Positions 19,009 through 31,715 of a stretch of DNA of 64,000 bases are shown piece after piece (position 1 is the stretch's first letter; each line of letters opens with the position of its first letter). Source of the stretch: Gemmatimonadales bacterium. Its GTDB lineage: Bacteria; Gemmatimonadota; Gemmatimonadetes; Gemmatimonadales; GWC2-71-9. The DNA lies in contig DASYRD010000129.1 in NCBI GenBank assembly GCA_036004745.1, positions 41,687 through 105,686 on the forward strand, in the 5' to 3' direction. Made by a program: the position numbers and the translations under genes. The notes below the pieces were generated by a model. It searched no databases, was not told the origin of the DNA, and was given only the letters and a program-made list of their open reading frames with translations.

Positions 19009-19617
19009 TCACTGAATCAGGTACACGAGGGTGAAGATCACGATCCACACGACGTCGACGAAATGCCAGTAGAGTCCGGTGATCTCGACGGTGATCGCCT
19101 GCTCCGGTCCGAGCTTCCCGCGCAACGCCTGCACCCACAGGGTCAGCAACCAGATCACCCCCACGGTCACGTGCGCGCCGTGCGTCCCCGTGAGCACGAA
19201 GAACGTCGAGCCGAAGAGGTTGGTCGTGAGCCCGAGGCCCTCGTGGACGAACGAAGTGAACTCGTAGACTTGGCCGCCCAGGAACACGAGCCCGAGGAAC
19301 GCTGTGGTGAAGAGCCAGATCTTCGCCTGCTTCAGGTCGCCGCGTTGGACCGCCGCCAGGGCCAGCACCATCGCGAGACTGGACATGAGCAGGTCGAAGG
19401 TGCTGAACGACGTGAACGGAATGTTGAGCACGTCGTGCGGGAAGGGGCCGACGAGGCTCTTCCCCTTGTAGATCAGGTACGTCGAGATGAGTGAGCCGAA
19501 GAGCAAGCATTCCGAGCCGATGAATGCCCAGAAGGCCATCTTGCGGCTGTCGACCCCCATGAAGGTGGCGTGCCCGTGTGCGACCGCGACGGCGTGGGTG
19601 TCGGTGTTGTATGCCAT
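19009..19617 (-). CDS. ctaE: Cytochrome c oxidase subunit III
   Basis: ..FWAFIGSECLLFGSLISTY..FFVLTGTHGAHVTVGVIWL..YWHFVDVVWIVIFTLVY. Confidence 0.92.
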   Translation of the reverse strand: MAYNTDTHAVAVAHGHATFMGVDSRKMAFWAFIGSECLLFGSLISTYLIYKGKSLVGPFPHDVLNIPFTSFSTFDLLMSSLAMVLALAAVQRGDLKQAKIWLFTTAFLGLVFLGGQVYEFTSFVHEGLGLTTNLFGSTFFVLTGTHGAHVTVGVIWLLTLWVQALRGKLGPEQAITVEITGLYWHFVDVVWIVIFTLVYLIQ

Positions 19618-21404
<1,787 letters not shown>

Positions 21405-21408
<4 letters not shown>

Positions 21409-22403
21409 TGCAGGCTCTGGAGGTACGCGATCAGCGCGGCCACCTGGTCGTCAGGCAACGGCATGGCGGGCATCAGCGACCCGGGCTTCAAGTACGGCGC
21501 GTTCGTGATCCAGCGGCGCAGCCATTCCTCGGTGTTGGGGAGTGTCGCGCCCGCCAGCGTGGTGCGGCCGCCCACGTGGGTGAGATTCGGTCCCACCGTG
21601 CCCCGGGCCTGGGGCACGCCCGTGATCGTGTGGCAGGCAATGCAGGCGCCGTGCGCGAACAGCTCCTGGCCGCGCTCGGCGAGGGATCCCCGCGCCGGCG
21701 TGGCCGCCGGGGCCAGCTGGCGGGCCGCCCACGCGGCGAACAGCGAGTCGGTCTGGACGAATACCCGCAGCCGCATGTTCGCGTGGGACGCGCCGCAGAA
21801 CTCCGCGCACTGTCCCGAGAACTCGAGCACCGAATCCGGCGTGAAGGTGATGCGGGTCGTCCGCCCTGGCGTGAGGTCGCGCTTCCCGCCGAGGCCCGGC
21901 GCCCAGAAGCTGTGAATCACGTCGGCCGAGGTCATTTCCAGCTGCACCGCTCTGCCCCGCACGACGTGCAGCTCGTTCGCGGTCACGATGCCGAGCTCGG
22001 GGTAGCGGAACTCCCACCACCACTGGTGCCCGATCACGTCGACCCGCAAGGCGCCGGCCGGCGCGGGAGCCGCCGTGGCGAAGATCGTGCGCATCGTGGG
22101 CACCGCGATGAACACGAGGATCAAAGCCGGCGCCAGCGTCCAGCCGATCTCGAGAACCGTATGGCCGTGCAGCCGTGACGGGGGGCCCGCGCCCTCGCGC
22201 GCCCGGTAGCGGATGATCACGAACAGGAGCAGCCCCTCGACGATCGCGAAGACCGCCACGGCCCACCAGAAAATGTCGGTGAAGAGCGTATCGACGACTG
22301 CGCCCAAGTCGGACCGCGGAGCCAACGTCGTTTGGGGGAAGGGTCCGCCGCAGCCGGCGACGGCGAGCAGAATGGCGGGGAGGAGCCTCGGTGTCGGGCG
22401 CAT
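21405..22403 (-). CDS. ctaC: Cytochrome c oxidase subunit II with a fused C-terminal cytochrome c domain (caa3 type)
   Basis: CuA site CAEFCGASHANM and heme-c site CIACHTITG..LMPAM. ATGA overlap with ctaD. Confidence 0.93.
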
Positions 22404-22441
22404 GAGCGAAGGCCAAGGAAACTAGGTTATCTTGGGCCGCT

Positions 22442-25366
22442 ATGGAAGAGTTGTCCGGCCGTCTGCAGACGGCCCTCGGAGCGGCCTATCGCGTCGAGCG
22501 GGAGCTCGGGGGCGGCGGCATGAGCCGCGTGTTCCTCGCCGAAGAAACGCGCCTCGCCCGTCGCGTGGTCGTCAAAGTCCTGCCGCCCGAGTTGGCGGCG
22601 GAGATCAGCGTCGACCGCTTCAACCGCGAGATTCAGCTCTCCGCGTCGCTGCAACATCCGCACATCGTGCCGTTGCTCGCCGCGGGCGGCGAAGCCGACG
22701 TCCTCTACTACACGATGCCGTTCGTCGAAGGCGAGGCGCTGCGCACGCGGCTCGCACGCGAGGGCGAGCTGCCCGTGCGCGACGCCGTGCGTATCCTCAA
22801 GGACGTCGCCGACGCGCTCGCTTACGCCCACGCGCGTGGCATCGTGCATCGCGACATCAAACCCGACAACGTCCTGCTCTCCGGAAACCACGCCGTCGTC
22901 GCCGACTTCGGCGTGGCGAAGGCCGTGAGCCAGGCGAAGGGCCAAAGCGGCTTGACGTCGGTGGGCGTCGCGCTCGGCACACCGGCGTACATGGCCCCCG
23001 AGCAGGCGGCGGGGGATCCCAACATCGATCATCGCGCGGACATCTACGCCTTCGGCGCGATGGCGTACGAGATGCTGGCGGGTCGGCCGCCATTCACCGG
23101 ACTCTCTCCGCATCAGATGCTCGCCGCGCACATCACGGAGCCGGTCCCGCCGCTCACGGACGCGCGTCCAAGCGTCCCGCCGGCGCTGGCCGAACTGGTG
23201 ATGCGCTGTCTCGAGAAGAATCCGCCCGACCGGCCGCAGACCGCCGCCGAGGTCTATCAGGTGCTCGAATCGCTCGCCACAACGAGCGGCTCGGCGACGG
23301 TGACATCGGCGCGGGCGACGCTGCGGCACGTGCTGCGGCGGCCGCGGAATCGCTTCGCGCTGGTGACCGGCGCCGTCGTGCTGGCCCTCGGGGCCTGGTG
23401 GGCCTTCCGGCCCGCGGGTGTAGCGGTGCTCGATCCGAACCGCATCGCGATCGCGCCCTTTGACGTCCTCGGCGGCAGCGACCTGTCGCTGTGGCGCGAA
23501 GGGCTCGTGGACGTGTTGTCGCGCAGCCTCGACGGCGCTGGTCCCCTGCGGACGGTGTCGCCCACGCTCATCGTGCGCCGCTGGAGTGGCCGGGCCGACG
23601 CCGCGTCGGCCCAGGCGCTGGGCAGGGCCACGGGCGCGAGGACGGTGGTGTTCGGGGGGCTCGTCGGCGCGGGGGCCGACTCGGTGCGTCTGACGGCAAC
23701 GGTGCTCGACGTGGCAGCGGGAGGGCCGGGCGCCGAAATCGAGCTGCGCGAAGCCTCGGCCCGGATGGATCGTCTCGCCGACTCGCTCACGGTGCGCGTG
23801 CTGCGGGAGCTGGGCCGGACTCGGGCGATCGGCCTGGTACGCAGCGCGTCGTTGGGCTCGAAATCGTTGCCGGCAATGAAAGCGTTTCTCCAGGGCGAGC
23901 AGTTCTTGCGGCGCTCCGAGTGGGACTCCGCGCTCGCCTACCACCAGCGGGCGATCGGCCTCGACAGCGGCTTCGCGTTGGCGTGGAGCCATGCGGGGAT
24001 GGCGGCGGGGTGGCAACACGCCGCCAACGATTCCCTGTCGCGCACCTACAAGCTGCGCGCGGGCGCCTTGAACCACGGGTTGGCGCCCCGCGAGAGCCTC
24101 GCCGTGCAGTCCGAGTCCCTCGCCGCCGTCGTCTACGCCGGCCCCGCGCAGATCGGGGGGCGGTGGTGGACGTATGGCCGCCGGTTCATCGCCACGCTGG
24201 ACGAGGCGGTGCGCCGCTACCCCGATGACCCCGAGCTGTGGTACATGCTGGGGGACGCCACCTTCCACGCCGGGGGGCTCGCCCAAAAGCCGTCGCGCAC
24301 CGCGCTCGATGCGTTCGATCGCTCCATCGCGCTCGACTCGGCGTTCACCCCGTCGTACGTACACGCCGTCCCACTCGGGCTCGACGTCGGTGGGACAGCG
24401 GCGGGCCGGCGGTACGCCAAGGCGTTCCTCGCCGCGGGGGCGATGGGCGCGTACGCCCAGAGCACCGATCTGATCGTGCGGCTGCTCGATCCGCCGACGC
24501 GCTCGAAGGCCATCGCGTACCTGGCCGACAGCGCGAACAGCCACCTTTTTCTGACGGTGTGGCTGGCGGTGGGGCGGTGGACCGACTCCGCCGAAACGGT
24601 CGTCGCCTTGGTGCGAGCCCGGGTCGCCGCGGAACAGCAGGCGACCAAGGTTTCGAACATCAGTACGTCTGCGGCGCCGGCCTCGCTGGCCACGCGCGGC
24701 CACGTTCGAGAGGCGGCCCAACACACGACGAGCCCGTCCCTGCTCGCACAGTTCGCAGTCGTCGGCGGGGTGGCGCCGGACAGCGCGCATCACCTCGCCC
24801 AATCCTGGGCCACGAGTCCAGGCGAAGGGGCGCTGTACGCCGCGCCGCTGCTCGCCGCCGCCCACGATACCGCGGCATTGGCCGCGCTGATTACGAGGAT
24901 GGAGACGGTGCGGCAGCACATGCCGCCGAACCTGCCCCCGATTGCGCGCGACGCCTTCGGCTATGTCGTCGCCGCGACTCGGGCGTTCCTGGCGCTCGCG
25001 CGCGGCGACAGCGTCGAGGCGCTGCGCCTGTTCGACGTGCGGCCCGACACGGCGTGCTTCGGCGCGTGCGTGATCGACGATCTGGTGCACGTGCAGCTGC
25101 TGGCGGCCCGGGGCCGGCTCGCGGATGCGGCGGCTCGCCTGGAGCGCCCATTGGTGGGATTCTCGCCCGCCATCCTGCCGGTAGAGGTGCTGCGCGGCTT
25201 GGAGCGCGGCCGAGTGAACGAGCGACTCGGAGATCGCGAACGCGCCATCGCGGGCTACAGCCTGGTGGTGGAGGCGTGGCGCAACGCGGATCCCGAGCTG
25301 AGGACCTACGTCGACGAGGCTCGCGCAGGCCTGGCGCGCCTCGGGGCCGAGAAGAAAGCGAGCTAG
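22442..25366 (+). CDS. Ser/Thr protein kinase with a TM segment and a long C-terminal helical-repeat (TPR-like) region
   Basis: The Hanks kinase motifs are GGGGMSRVFLA, VVVKV, HRDIKPDNVLL, DFGVAK and GTPAYMAPE. A TM segment (FALVTGAVVLALGAWWAF) and about 640 aa of Ala/Leu-rich repeat region follow. Confidence 0.9.
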   Translation: MEELSGRLQTALGAAYRVERELGGGGMSRVFLAEETRLARRVVVKVLPPELAAEISVDRFNREIQLSASLQHPHIVPLLAAGGEADVLYYTMPFVEGEALRTRLAREGELPVRDAVRILKDVADALAYAHARGIVHRDIKPDNVLLSGNHAVVADFGVAKAVSQAKGQSGLTSVGVALGTPAYMAPEQAAGDPNIDHRADIYAFGAMAYEMLAGRPPFTGLSPHQMLAAHITEPVPPLTDARPSVPPALAELVMRCLEKNPPDRPQTAAEVYQVLESLATTSGSATVTSARATLRHVLRRPRNRFALVTGAVVLALGAWWAFRPAGVAVLDPNRIAIAPFDVLGGSDLSLWREGLVDVLSRSLDGAGPLRTVSPTLIVRRWSGRADAASAQALGRATGARTVVFGGLVGAGADSVRLTATVLDVAAGGPGAEIELREASARMDRLADSLTVRVLRELGRTRAIGLVRSASLGSKSLPAMKAFLQGEQFLRRSEWDSALAYHQRAIGLDSGFALAWSHAGMAAGWQHAANDSLSRTYKLRAGALNHGLAPRESLAVQSESLAAVVYAGPAQIGGRWWTYGRRFIATLDEAVRRYPDDPELWYMLGDATFHAGGLAQKPSRTALDAFDRSIALDSAFTPSYVHAVPLGLDVGGTAAGRRYAKAFLAAGAMGAYAQSTDLIVRLLDPPTRSKAIAYLADSANSHLFLTVWLAVGRWTDSAETVVALVRARVAAEQQATKVSNISTSAAPASLATRGHVREAAQHTTSPSLLAQFAVVGGVAPDSAHHLAQSWATSPGEGALYAAPLLAAAHDTAALAALITRMETVRQHMPPNLPPIARDAFGYVVAATRAFLALARGDSVEALRLFDVRPDTACFGACVIDDLVHVQLLAARGRLADAAARLERPLVGFSPAILPVEVLRGLERGRVNERLGDRERAIAGYSLVVEAWRNADPELRTYVDEARAGLARLGAEKKAS

Positions 25367-25373
25367 CCGGAAA

Positions 25374-25410
25374 CGCGACGCCCCGGGCCGATAAGCACCC
25401 GGGGCGCGCG
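25374..25410. terminator. GC-rich hairpin between convergent genes (possible bidirectional terminator, no U tract)
   Basis: CGCG(A)CGCCCCGGG-ccgataagca-CCCGGGGCGCGCG forms a 13-bp stem with one bulge. It lies between the kinase stop (25366) and the PKD/TolB gene stop (25430). Confidence 0.5.
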
Positions 25411-25429
25411 TAAGGCCGCTACAGCCTGC

Positions 25430-27646
25430 TTAACGCCAGGCCGGACTGTTGTCGAAGGCGACGTTGTTCGTCAACCGCGTGACTGCCGATCCATCAGCCG
25501 CCATCGTGTACAACTCGGTGTTGCCGTCGCGGCGGCTCGAGAACACGATCTTCGTGCCGTCGGGCGACCACGCGGGCAGCTGATCGGCTCCCGCGATGTG
25601 CGTCAGGTTCGTCAGGCCTGTCCCATCCACGTTCACCGTGAAGATGTCGTCGTTCATGGTGCGGAAGCTCACGAACGCGATCTTGGTGCCGTTGGGCGAC
25701 CACACGAACGACCCGTCAGACTCGACGTTGTTCGTCAGGTTCTGCTGCCCCGAGCCGTCCGCATTCATGACATACACCTCCGCGTTGCCGTCGCGGCGGC
25801 TGATGAACGCGATCTTACTGCCGTCGGGCGACCACGCGGGCTTCGAGTCCGACGTCGAATTGCTCGTCAGCTGGGTGACGTTGGACCCATCGGCGTTCAT
25901 GACGCACACCTCGTCGTCTGAGCCGCCGTCCCGCGAACACGCGAAGGCGATCTTGCTGCCGTCGGGCGACCACGACGCGAACGTGTCCATAGCCGGATCG
26001 TTCGTCAGGCGGGTCAAGCCGCTGCCGTCCGCGTTCATGACGTAAATCTCGTAGTTGCCGTCGCGGAACGTCGTGAACACGATCTTGGAACCGTCCGGCG
26101 ACCAGGAGTACTGGCTGTCGAAGGACCCCGGATCGTTGGAGAGGTTGGTCGCGCCACTCCCGTCCGCGTTCATCACGTAAACTTCCTGGTTGCCGTCACG
26201 GTCGCTCGAGAACAGGATCTTCGAGCGGTCGGGCGACCAGGCCGCGCCGATATCGAACGCGGCGTTATTCGTGAGATTCGTCTGGCCCGTGCCATCCGGG
26301 TTCATGACGAAGATCTCCCAGTTGCCGGCGCGATCGCTACCGAACGCGATCCGATCGACGGGCACCGGCGGAGGCGGCGCGATGACCGTGACCGTCTGCG
26401 TCGTGTCATCCGAGCCATTGGCGTCGGTGACGATGAGGCGCACGTTGTAAGCCCCGGAGCCGCCGAACGTGTGATTGGCCGTCTGGCCGCTCCCGTCGGC
26501 ACTGCCGTCACCCCACTGCCAGCCGTACGTCGCGCCGGCCAACGAGGTCGACGCGCTGCCATCGAACGCGCAGCTCAGATCCGTGCAGCTGAACGTGAAG
26601 CGCGCCACAGGTGGCGGAGGCGGCGCCACGGTCACCATCTGGGTGTCCGCGTCGATCCCGCCGGCATCCGTGACCGAAAGAATGACCGGGAACGTGCCGC
26701 CGGCACCATACCCGTGCGTGGCAAGTTGGCCCGAGCCGGCAGCCGTGCCGTCACCCCAGGACCAGGCGTACGTCGCCGAAGCCTGGGCGGTGGAGCCACT
26801 ACCGTCGAAGCTGCACGCCAGGTACACACAGTTGAAGGTGAAGCTGGCCACCGGCGCCGGAGGCGGAGGCGGCGAGACCGTCACCATCTGCGTATCGGCG
26901 TCCATCCCACCCGCGTCCGTCACAGCAAGGATCACCTGGAAGGTGCCCGCGGCGTCGTACGTGTGCGTCGCAGGATTGCCGCTGCCGGCTGCGGTGCCGT
27001 CGCCCCAGCTCCAGCTGTACGTCGCCGAGGGTTGCGCGGTCGACGCGCTGCCATCGAAGCTGCACGCCAGATTCGAACACGCGTGCGAGAAGCTGGCCAC
27101 CGGCGCCGGAGGCGGCGGCGGCGCGTGCACCTCGAGGCGGAACTTGATCGGGATCGTGGGCAGGCTCGGGCCGACCCAGAGGTCGGCGTAACCGAGCAGG
27201 TTGCCCTCCGTGTAGACCCGAATCCGATAGGCGCGGGTCTTACTCGGCGAGTAGTTCGGGATCCGCCACGAGTGCCAGTTGACGAGATAGAGCTCGTTGT
27301 AAACGTCGAGCACGATCATCTCGTCGCCTGACGCAGGCGACATCGTCATGTGTGCGACTTCGATCCCGCAGCCGCTCCCCGAGACCTCACAGATGAACAC
27401 TTCGGGTTGCGCGGCCGGGTCGAAGACGCCGGACGAATGGACCGAATTGCCAACCGGTGGCAAGAAAAAGAAATATGGCGCGCCGGCTGCTGAGCCGTCG
27501 CGCAGACTCACGACGCGAAAGTCGAGTGTTGGTTCGGCTGGGGTACGCTCACAACCCAGGATACCGACCAAGAGCACGGCAGCGCGCCAAACGAGCTGGC
27601 TGCACGAGCGGGTGGCCATATGAAAACAACCTCCAAGCGGGCGCAA
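25430..27646 (-). CDS. Lipoprotein with an unknown N-terminal domain, three PKD domains and a TolB-like (WD40-like) beta-propeller repeat region
   Basis: Lipobox VGILGC. Three copies of the PKD-like module PPPP..F(S/T)..C..L.C.FDGS.ST....Y.W.WGDG....G....H.Y...G.....L.VTD..G. About 8 repeats of the form SWSPDGSKI.F.S.RDGN.E(V/I)YVMNADGSG..(N/R)LTN follow. Alternative start at ATG 27619. Confidence 0.85.
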   Translation of the reverse strand: MRPLGGCFHMATRSCSQLVWRAAVLLVGILGCERTPAEPTLDFRVVSLRDGSAAGAPYFFFLPPVGNSVHSSGVFDPAAQPEVFICEVSGSGCGIEVAHMTMSPASGDEMIVLDVYNELYLVNWHSWRIPNYSPSKTRAYRIRVYTEGNLLGYADLWVGPSLPTIPIKFRLEVHAPPPPPAPVASFSHACSNLACSFDGSASTAQPSATYSWSWGDGTAAGSGNPATHTYDAAGTFQVILAVTDAGGMDADTQMVTVSPPPPPAPVASFTFNCVYLACSFDGSGSTAQASATYAWSWGDGTAAGSGQLATHGYGAGGTFPVILSVTDAGGIDADTQMVTVAPPPPPVARFTFSCTDLSCAFDGSASTSLAGATYGWQWGDGSADGSGQTANHTFGGSGAYNVRLIVTDANGSDDTTQTVTVIAPPPPVPVDRIAFGSDRAGNWEIFVMNPDGTGQTNLTNNAAFDIGAAWSPDRSKILFSSDRDGNQEVYVMNADGSGATNLSNDPGSFDSQYSWSPDGSKIVFTTFRDGNYEIYVMNADGSGLTRLTNDPAMDTFASWSPDGSKIAFACSRDGGSDDEVCVMNADGSNVTQLTSNSTSDSKPAWSPDGSKIAFISRRDGNAEVYVMNADGSGQQNLTNNVESDGSFVWSPNGTKIAFVSFRTMNDDIFTVNVDGTGLTNLTHIAGADQLPAWSPDGTKIVFSSRRDGNTELYTMAADGSAVTRLTNNVAFDNSPAWR
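26350..27125 (-). repeat. Three tandem PKD-module coding repeats (about 250 bp each)
   Basis: Modules 1 and 2 are near-identical at the protein level (PPPPPAPVASF..LACSFDGS.STAQ.SATY.WSWGDGTAAGSG). Module 3 is more diverged. Each is bounded by a poly-Pro linker. Confidence 0.7.
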
Positions 27647-27789
27647 GGTGGTCTGACAGTGCGAACAACATTAAGTGGGGCCCAAATGGGACCCGTGATG
27701 ATCCTCACAGGGTTTTGGATCGCCTTGTGGAGCCGTGAGTTACCGGTGGTGAGGGCCATCACACTTCGTGTTAGATTCGGGGGGCTTTC

Positions 27790-27871
27790 GCGACCGTGGC
27801 GGAACTGGCAGACGCGCCAGCCTTAGGAGCTGGTGGGGCAACCCGTGGGGGTTCGAGTCCCTCCGGTCGCA
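27790..27871 (+). tRNA. tRNA-Leu (anticodon UAG)
   Basis: I folded the cloverleaf by hand. Acceptor stem GCGACCG/CGGTCGC, anticodon stem CCAGC/GCTGG with loop CTTAGGA, long variable arm, T-arm GGGGG-TTCGAGT-CCCTC, discriminator A. CCA is not encoded. Confidence 0.9.
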
Positions 27872-27875
27872 CGTA

Positions 27876-27950
27876 CGCCGAGACGCCGAGGGGCCCAGGC
27901 GCCTAGGTCTAGCCTCGGCGCCTCGGCGTCTGGGCGTCTGGGCGTCTGGG
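27876..27950. repeat. Composite GC-rich repeat element: a 16-bp-stem hairpin plus three tandem GGCGTCTG (= CAGACGCC) octamers
   Basis: CGCCGAGACGCCGAGG (27876-27891) pairs with CCTCGGCGCCTCGGCG (27913-27928) at 15 of 16 positions. The loop contains AGGCGCCTAG. GGCGTCTG x3 occupies 27925-27948. The element lies between tRNA-Leu and tig. Confidence 0.85.
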
Positions 27951-27980
27951 GTTGAACTCCCAGTTACATTAACGCCAGAT

Positions 27981-29228
27981 ATGCCAGACATTCTTGTAAA
28001 GAAGACGCGGGACGAGCCCGGGGAAGCGTCCCTGGAGGTCACGATCCCGCCCGACAACGTGAAGGCGGCCGAAGAGCGCGCCACGAGGGTCTACCAGCAG
28101 CGCGCCCGGCTCCCGGGGTTCCGCCAGGGGAAGGCTCCCGCCGCGGTGGTCCGTAAAAAGTTCGCCGAGGACATCCGGCAACAGGCGTTGCAGGAGCTGG
28201 TGCAGGAGAGCTGGCGCGCCGCCGTCGAGCAGGAGAAGCTCAAGCCGATCGCCGATCCCCACATCCATAACCTGAAATGGGAAGAGGGCTCCCCGGTCAC
28301 CTTCGAGCTGCACGTCGAAGTGAAGCCGGAGCTGAAGCTCGACCGCCTCGGCAACTTCAAGCTGACGCGGACGGTACCGGCGGTGACCGAAGCACAGGTC
28401 GACGGGCAACTGAACGAGCTGCGCGAGCAGCGCGCCCCGTGGACCCCGGTGACGAATGAGAAGCCGAAGCCCAAGGACCTGGTGCACGTCACGATCGCGA
28501 CGCGCGAGGGCGCCGAGATCAAGGACGCCCAGCCCTATCAGCTCGTGCTGGGCGAGGGGCGGGCGATTCCGGAGGTCGAGGAGCGCATCATGAGCCTCCT
28601 GCCGGGGGAGACGCTCGACGCCGTGGTTCGCTTCCCCGACGACTTCGCCGAAGAGGCGAAGCGGGGACAGACGCGCGACGTCCGGATCACCCTGCACGAG
28701 GTGAAGCGCCAGCAGCTCGCCGAGCTGGACGACGCGTTCGCGCGGGAAGTGGGCGACTTCGAGTCGGTCGCGGGGCTGCGCCAGGCCGTCACCGAGGACC
28801 TCCGCAAGGAGGGCGAACGCGAGGCCGATGCCAAGGTACGGGCCGATTTGATCGAGCAGATCGTGGCGGCGAATTCGATCACGGCGCCGCGACCCCTCGT
28901 CGAGCGCGCGCTGTACATGTACGCGCAGGCGTATGGGGTGCCCGAGGAGCGCTGGCCCAAGTTCGCGGAGGAGTTCAAGCCCGTGGCCGAGGCGCAGGTG
29001 CGCCGCGATCTGGTGCTCGATCACGTGATGGACGCGCAGCAGCTGCGGGCCACGGAGGCGGAGCTGGATCAGCGCATTCAGGAGTTGGCCGAGCGGCGCG
29101 GCATGCCGCCGGCGCAGCTGTATGCGTCGTTGGAAAAGGCCAAGCGGCTCCGCGACGTCGAGCGGAGCATCACCGAGGAGAAGGTGTTCGCCTATCTCCT
29201 GTCGCAGTCCACCGTGGAGCAGCCGTGA
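27981..29228 (+). CDS. tig: Trigger factor
   Basis: [42 protein letters not shown] is the trigger-factor ribosome-binding signature (GFRxGKxP). The track ORF extends upstream across the tRNA gene, which I consider spurious. Confidence 0.93.
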   Translation: MPDILVKKTRDEPGEASLEVTIPPDNVKAAEERATRVYQQRARLPGFRQGKAPAAVVRKKFAEDIRQQALQELVQESWRAAVEQEKLKPIADPHIHNLKWEEGSPVTFELHVEVKPELKLDRLGNFKLTRTVPAVTEAQVDGQLNELREQRAPWTPVTNEKPKPKDLVHVTIATREGAEIKDAQPYQLVLGEGRAIPEVEERIMSLLPGETLDAVVRFPDDFAEEAKRGQTRDVRITLHEVKRQQLAELDDAFAREVGDFESVAGLRQAVTEDLRKEGEREADAKVRADLIEQIVAANSITAPRPLVERALYMYAQAYGVPEERWPKFAEEFKPVAEAQVRRDLVLDHVMDAQQLRATEAELDQRIQELAERRGMPPAQLYASLEKAKRLRDVERSITEEKVFAYLLSQSTVEQP

Positions 29229-29848
29229 GCACAAGCCAGATCTATCCGCCCTACATCATCGAGCGCTCGAGCCGTGGCGAGCGCACGTACGACATCTTCA
29301 GCCGTCTCCTGATGGATCGCATCGTGTTCCTCGGCACGGCGATCAACGACGACGTCTCCAACATCATCATCGCGCAGCTGCTCTTCCTCGACGCCGACAA
29401 TCCCGAGCGCGACATCTACCTGTACGTGAATTCGCCGGGCGGGCTGGTCTCGTCGGGGATGGCGATCTACGACACGATGCAGTTCTTGCGCGCGCCGGTG
29501 AACACGATCTGCATGGGCATGGCGGCGTCGATGGGCTCGTTCCTGCTCACCGCCGGCCGCAAGGGGAAGCGTTCCGCGCTGCCGCACGCTCGTATCATGA
29601 TGCACCAGCCATCGGGCGGCACGCAGGGCACCGCGTCGGACATCGAGATTCAGGCGCGCGAGATTCTATACCTGCGGGGCAAGCTCAACGAATTGTACGC
29701 GAAGCATACCGGCAAGGCCGTGGAACAGATCGAAAAGGACATGGATCGCGACCGTTTCATGTCGGCCGAGGAAGCGAAGGAATACGGCCTGATCGACCAC
29801 GTAATCTCGAACTTCCAGGAGATGGGCGACGGCAAGAAGGCCAAGTGA
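29225..29848 (+). CDS. clpP: ATP-dependent Clp protease proteolytic subunit ClpP
   Basis: [51 protein letters not shown] overlap with tig. Confidence 0.97.
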   Translation: MSTSQIYPPYIIERSSRGERTYDIFSRLLMDRIVFLGTAINDDVSNIIIAQLLFLDADNPERDIYLYVNSPGGLVSSGMAIYDTMQFLRAPVNTICMGMAASMGSFLLTAGRKGKRSALPHARIMMHQPSGGTQGTASDIEIQAREILYLRGKLNELYAKHTGKAVEQIEKDMDRDRFMSAEEAKEYGLIDHVISNFQEMGDGKKAK

Positions 29849-29889
29849 TCCCTTGCGCCGTCTGGACCAGCTTCCCATGTTAGGAAGAC

Positions 29890-31140
<1,251 letters not shown>

Positions 31141-31148
31141 CCGACTCG

Positions 31149-31715
31149 TTGTTCCGCGGCTCGTTCCCCCGGGCCGACGTTGTCCTCGATCCCCCGCTCC
31201 CCGAAGTCGCGTTCATCGGCCGCGCCAACGCCGGCAAATCGAGCCTGCTCAACGCCCTCGTCGGGCATAAGATCGCGAAGACATCCGGAACGCCCGGGAA
31301 GACCCGTGCGCTCAACGTCTTTCAAATGGAACAGATGTTCTTTCTCGACCTCCCGGGGTACGGATACTCCCGGGCAGCCAAATCCGATCGCACAGCCTTC
31401 CGGCGCCTCGTGAACCACACGTTGAACCGGACGCGTCTCGCGGGCGTCGTCTGGCTGCTGGACATCCGGCACGAGCCGTCGGAGGAGGATCTCAAGATGC
31501 AGGATCTCCTCGCCGAACACGAAACGCGCGCGCTTGCGGCCCTGACCAAGGCCGACAAGCTTCCGCGTGACCCTCGGCGGCAGCGCGAGCAGGAGCTGCG
31601 CGCGACGCTGGGCCTGCCGGAGGATCAAGTGATCGTGACGAGCGCGAAGACCGGCGAAGGCATCGCGGATCTGCGCGAGGCGATTGCAGAATTGATCGGA
31701 GCACCGAATGCGTAG
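31149..31715 (+). CDS. engB: Ribosome-biogenesis GTPase EngB/YsxC/YihA
   Basis: G1 motif GRANAGKSSLLN, with G2-G4 downstream (PGKTR, DLPGYG, TKADK). The start is uncertain. I list the TTG at 31149. An in-frame CTG at 31137 overlaps the clpX TGA. The track start at 31074 lies 66 nt inside clpX. Confidence 0.85.
   Translation: MFRGSFPRADVVLDPPLPEVAFIGRANAGKSSLLNALVGHKIAKTSGTPGKTRALNVFQMEQMFFLDLPGYGYSRAAKSDRTAFRRLVNHTLNRTRLAGVVWLLDIRHEPSEEDLKMQDLLAEHETRALAALTKADKLPRDPRRQREQELRATLGLPEDQVIVTSAKTGEGIADLREAIAELIGAPNA

Noticed and set aside
22427-25090. 887-aa minus-strand ORF opposite the Ser/Thr kinase gene
   Set aside because: It is extremely Arg/Gly/Pro-rich with no motifs, and it is fully antisense to a gene with complete Hanks kinase motifs. 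This is a shadow ORF typical of high-GC DNA.
27768-27980. N-terminal 71-codon extension of the trigger factor ORF
   Set aside because: The extension reads straight through the tRNA-Leu gene and the repeat element. The trigger-factor homology begins at ATG 27981.
27790-27980. tRNA-Leu as a possible integration hotspot or genomic-island border
   Set aside because: I found no integrase, no direct repeat of the tRNA 3' end, and no compositional shift. The flanking genes (tig-clpPX) are core housekeeping genes.
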